Of a stretch of 41,441 bases of DNA, positions 38,308-41,441 are shown one piece after another. The first letter of the stretch is position 1. The number at the start of each line of letters is the position of its first letter. A model generated the notes under the pieces. That model was not told where the DNA came from. It was given only the letters and a program-made list of their open reading frames with translations, and did not search any database. A program made the position numbers and the translations under genes. Origin of the DNA: a bacterium (GTDB taxonomy: Bacteria; Babelota; Babeliae; Babelales; CAIQNR01); assembly GCA_947505805.1 (NCBI GenBank), contig CANNMA010000003.1:1-41441 (forward strand). Reading direction: 5' to 3'.

Positions 38308-38384
38308 GGGCCCATAGCTCAGCTGGTCAGAGCAATCGGCTCATAACCGAGAGGTCCCAGGTTCAAGCCCTGGTGGGCCCACCA
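38308..38384 (+). tRNA. tRNA with CAU anticodon, most likely tRNA-Ile2 (lysidine-modified)
   Basis: Cloverleaf GGGCCCA/TGGGCCC, D arm GCTC/GAGC, loop CTCATAA, T arm CCAGG-TTCAAGC-CCTGG, encoded CCA; C4:G69, C5:G68, A73; lacks initiator features. Confidence 0.93.
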
Positions 38385-38426
38385 TCTTTTCAACCCCCCG
38401 CGCTACTTTAGAAAAGGATCTGTAGC

Positions 38427-39161
38427 ATGAAAACAACTCCTTTCTCTCGCTTTATACGTCTTATAGAATTTGATCAATCAGTTATTACTCTTGAAAAAGA
38501 GTTAGCCATTGCCGATAACGCTTTTGAGCAATTAAGGCAGACTTTAGAAACTCTTACTTCTGATATTGAAAAAGAACGAGCACATGTGCGTGATTTACGT
38601 AAAAATGTTGATGCACAAGAATTACATATGAAGACTCTTGATCAAGATGAAAAAGTTGCTCGTGAACGCGCTACTCTTGCACTTACTCCTCGTGAATATC
38701 AAGGTTTAAAAAAAGAGTCTGATAATTTAAAACAACAGCAGCATGAACATGAAGAAGTTCTTATGGCCGCTTGGAATAGTTTGGAACAAGCACAAAAAAT
38801 GCTTGTGGTAAAAGAACAGACGGTCAAAGAGCAACAACGTCTTTTACAAGAACAGATGAATCAACTTGATGAAACTCAAAAAAAATTGCTTGATCAGATT
38901 GATGAACATGATCAAGGACGCAAAGAGTATCAGCAGGATATCCCCCAAGATTGGCTCGATAAATATGGGCGTATGCGCAACACGGTTAAAAATCCAGTTG
39001 TTCCTTTGGTGGCAGGTACCTGTGGCGCATGTTCATGTACTATTACCAGCCAAGTAATGATGCAGCTAGATCAAAATAAAATGATTACCTGTAGTAGTTG
39101 TTATCGTTTGATCTACAAAAACTTTGAAGATAATTCTTCTCATTCAGAGAAAAAGCAATGA
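38427..39161 (+). CDS. Coiled-coil protein with C-terminal C4 zinc ribbon (DUF164 / CT398 / HP0958-like)
   Basis: Long coiled coil, then CGAC...CSSCYRLIY; sits before RNase HI. Confidence 0.88.
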   Translation: MKTTPFSRFIRLIEFDQSVITLEKELAIADNAFEQLRQTLETLTSDIEKERAHVRDLRKNVDAQELHMKTLDQDEKVARERATLALTPREYQGLKKESDNLKQQQHEHEEVLMAAWNSLEQAQKMLVVKEQTVKEQQRLLQEQMNQLDETQKKLLDQIDEHDQGRKEYQQDIPQDWLDKYGRMRNTVKNPVVPLVAGTCGACSCTITSQVMMQLDQNKMITCSSCYRLIYKNFEDNSSHSEKKQ

Positions 39162-39622
39162 CAAAATCAAAAGGTTGGTGCTTGTTTGTTGATGGTGCAT
39201 CACGCGGCAATCCAGGATTAAGTGGCGCAGGAATTTATCTTACGCATAATGGTGAAGCTGTTGCCAAGCGTGGGTATTTTATTGGAAGACACACCAATAA
39301 CGAAGCTGAGTATCTTGCCCTTTTGATCGGTGTTTTTATAGCAAAAAAACATATGAAAGAAGCATGCGAGCTGCGTGTATTTTCAGATTCACTCCTTTTA
39401 ATGAAACAGATGATTGGTGAATATCGTGTCAGAAAGCCAGAACTTATAGTACTCCATCAACTAGTTACAAAACATCTTGATGGATTTTCTTGCACATTTG
39501 CTCATGTCTATCGTGAGCAAAACGTTGATGCTGATGCGCTTGCTAATACAGGAATCGATACAAAAACAACTCTTCCTGTTTCTTTTATTTCATTATTACG
39601 AACTCATGGAATTCATGTTTAG
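39158..39622 (+). CDS. rnhA: Ribonuclease HI family protein
   Basis: FVDGASRGNPG, TNNEAEY, SDS.L, HVYREQN..ADALAN. Confidence 0.92.
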   Translation: MTKSKGWCLFVDGASRGNPGLSGAGIYLTHNGEAVAKRGYFIGRHTNNEAEYLALLIGVFIAKKHMKEACELRVFSDSLLLMKQMIGEYRVRKPELIVLHQLVTKHLDGFSCTFAHVYREQNVDADALANTGIDTKTTLPVSFISLLRTHGIHV

Positions 39623-40793
39623 AAAAATAAATGGGTTCTGGTGTTTAAAACTAGTACTCACGCTCCTTTCAAATACTTGTCTAAAAGCTGTTCATGTGCG
39701 TGTTTTATTAAGTGACAGTTTAGAAAATAAGTGGGAAGTTTCTTCATCCCGTGGAGTTTTGTTAACGAATGCAAAAACTCAAAGGACGTATCCTGATTCT
39801 GGTACGTGTGGCACTTTTTTACTAGACCAAAAAAATGGTTCATTGTCTGTTAATGGAAAAAAAATGGCAGCAAAGGAAGCTTGGATTAGTCCATTAGAAG
39901 GAACCCTAACGTTTAATGGTACCGAGTATGATGGTCAGTTTTTTGTTACGCAAGTTAAAGATAAATGGCTACTCATTAATGTTTTGGATGTTGAAGAATA
40001 CGTGTACTCGGTTGTTCGGTTTGAAAGTTGGCCAGGGTGGCCTCTTGAGGTAAATAAAGCATTTGCGATTGTGTGCCGAAGTTACATGCTTCATCAGTTA
40101 TTACATTCTCGTGAGCGTGATGCAGTCTATCACATTAAAAGTACCAATTATCATCAAACCTATAAGGGTATGCATCAAGATACGGTCATTCGGCAGGCGG
40201 TTGAAGAAACGCGCGGTATTTTTGTTGCCTACAAAGATTATCCTATTTTAGCGATGTTTGATTGTTGTTGTGGGGGAGTTATTCCGGCCCATATCGTGGG
40301 TGAAATAGATTTTGTTAAAGCTCCTTACCTTGCACGTACTTACGCTTGCACTCATTGTAAAGATGCAAAAGTTTTTTCTTGGTCAATGTCTTGTTCCGTT
40401 GATCAATTTACTACCGCTTTGCAGGATGTTCGTTCATCCATTGTGCATTCAATAAAAGATATAAAAATTGCTCAAAAAGATAAGGCGGGCCTTGTTAAAA
40501 AAGTGACCGTAACTACAAAAAAAGATTCGTTTTCTTTAAACGCACGGGAGCTCTATCGTTTGTTTAAAGATGTAAAAAGTTACTGTTTTTCCGTTTTAAA
40601 AAGAGGAGCAACGATCACCGTAACTGGTAAAGGGGTTGGCCATCATTTAGGAATGTGCCAATGGGGAGCGCGAGAAATGGTTCGTTCAGGGGCAACGCAT
40701 CGGGAAGTTCTTGCATTTTATTATCCAGAAACTCATTTGATGCAGTTAGCATCTACAGAAAACAAGCAAACTATAACTACTGTAGTGACGTAA
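39615..40793 (+). CDS. SpoIID/LytB domain protein (peptidoglycan lytic transglycosylase-like)
   Basis: INVLDVEEYVYSVV..E, KAFAI..RSY, Q.Y.G, PYL, GKGVGHHLGMCQWGA, LAFYYP; start moved from 39477 to remove overlap with rnhA. Confidence 0.9.
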   Translation: MFRKINGFWCLKLVLTLLSNTCLKAVHVRVLLSDSLENKWEVSSSRGVLLTNAKTQRTYPDSGTCGTFLLDQKNGSLSVNGKKMAAKEAWISPLEGTLTFNGTEYDGQFFVTQVKDKWLLINVLDVEEYVYSVVRFESWPGWPLEVNKAFAIVCRSYMLHQLLHSRERDAVYHIKSTNYHQTYKGMHQDTVIRQAVEETRGIFVAYKDYPILAMFDCCCGGVIPAHIVGEIDFVKAPYLARTYACTHCKDAKVFSWSMSCSVDQFTTALQDVRSSIVHSIKDIKIAQKDKAGLVKKVTVTTKKDSFSLNARELYRLFKDVKSYCFSVLKRGATITVTGKGVGHHLGMCQWGAREMVRSGATHREVLAFYYPETHLMQLASTENKQTITTVVT

Positions 40794-40801
40794 GGTGTGC
40801 T

Positions 40802-41245
40802 ATGCCAGGATATAGAGGTCATATTCTTGGAGGGGTTGGAGCATTTGTTTGTGTCTATTTCTTACTTTCGTACTGGTACCATCCCTCTGCTGTTACAGCT
40901 TTACAGTGGTTAGGGATTACTCTTTTAGGCTCGCTGTTTCCTGATGTTGATGTTAAAAGCAAGGGACAGGGTATCTTTTATAAAATGATGCTTGTGTGTC
41001 TTTTAATACTTTTGTGGCGTCGGCAGATACAGCTTTTTGTTATGGCCAGTTTTGTAGCACTTTTGCCTGTTCTTGCTCGTCATCGTGGACTGTTTCATAG
41101 AGCATGGTTTTTAATTGCTATCCCTTTTGGAGTTGCAGTCGCGGCAGGAGCTTCATTTCCAGCGTATAAAGAATCGTTTATTGTAGCAGCGAGCTTTTTT
41201 GTCGCTGGTGCACTCTCTCATATTTTACTGGATCGTATTTTTTAA
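40802..41245 (+). CDS. YdjM-like inner-membrane metal-dependent hydrolase
   Basis: MPGYRGH, GSLFPDVD, HRGLFH, SHILLD; start moved to ATG 40802. Confidence 0.85.
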   Translation: MPGYRGHILGGVGAFVCVYFLLSYWYHPSAVTALQWLGITLLGSLFPDVDVKSKGQGIFYKMMLVCLLILLWRRQIQLFVMASFVALLPVLARHRGLFHRAWFLIAIPFGVAVAAGASFPAYKESFIVAASFFVAGALSHILLDRIF

Positions 41246-41271
41246 AATGAACGTTTTGTTTATGTACATAG

Positions 41272-41312
41272 ATAAGCCCTTATTTTAGATTGCTCTTAGT
41301 ATAAGGGCTTAT
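41272..41312. terminator. 12-bp perfect inverted repeat, possible terminator or operator
   Basis: ATAAGCCCTTAT-17 nt-ATAAGGGCTTAT just after the hydrolase stop. Confidence 0.5.
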
Positions 41313-41413
41313 TATTAGAGCTTATACGAAAATTAATTTGTAAATAAACAAGCGTCCTTTTTTAGAGTAGTTTTGATTTTGATAAAACTAAAAACCATAA
41401 AAAAAGGACGCTG

Positions 41414-41441
41414 ATGAACAGAATACCAGAACGTATTTTAG
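41414..41441 (+). CDS. Start of a gene truncated by the window edge (MNRIPERIL...)
   Basis: AAAGGA SD followed by ATG 41414, frame open to the edge; only 9 codons visible. Confidence 0.4.

Noticed and set aside
38384-38430. tRNA as an integration site for an island
   Set aside because: No duplicated tRNA 3' end and no integrase seen; downstream genes are housekeeping
39477-39614. N-terminal extensions of the SpoIID ORF (and of the 40655 ORF)
   Set aside because: They overlap the upstream genes; downstream ATGs at 39615 and 40802 fit family N-termini better

Overview
AT-rich bacterial chromosome segment. Its core is the fused str-S10-spc-alpha ribosomal protein superoperon (rpsL to rplQ, 8634-28040), which lacks rpmD and includes an rpmJ missed by the ORF track. 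Housekeeping genes flank it: murC, a MerR-type HTH, yidC, recR, pepP, a solo rplM, rseP, an sbcC-like gene, PMM/PGM, nfo, tRNA-Ile2(CAU), a C4 zinc-ribbon gene, RNase HI, SpoIID/LytB and a YdjM-like hydrolase. Gene content and the signal-peptide orphan proteins suggest a host-associated lineage such as Dependentiae (TM6/Babeliota); this is inference only. The most unusual stretch is the accessory block at 28040-33200. It holds (i) a GyrI-like gene bracketed by a 44-bp directly repeated terminator, with an in-frame TAA at its probable codon 3; (ii) a GrpB-GNAT fusion; (iii) a 566-bp non-coding element (29771-30336) with 92-bp inverted arms, each carrying a GTAG/GCAG-led bulged hairpin with a compensatory base-pair change, enclosing further palindromes (REPIN-like or structured RNA); and (iv) two related exported orphan proteins with a duplicated promoter/leader. 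The window also opens with an un-called minus-strand His/Gly-repeat exported protein and ends with a hairpin covering the Shine-Dalgarno of the next gene. All calls are by eye; no searches were run.
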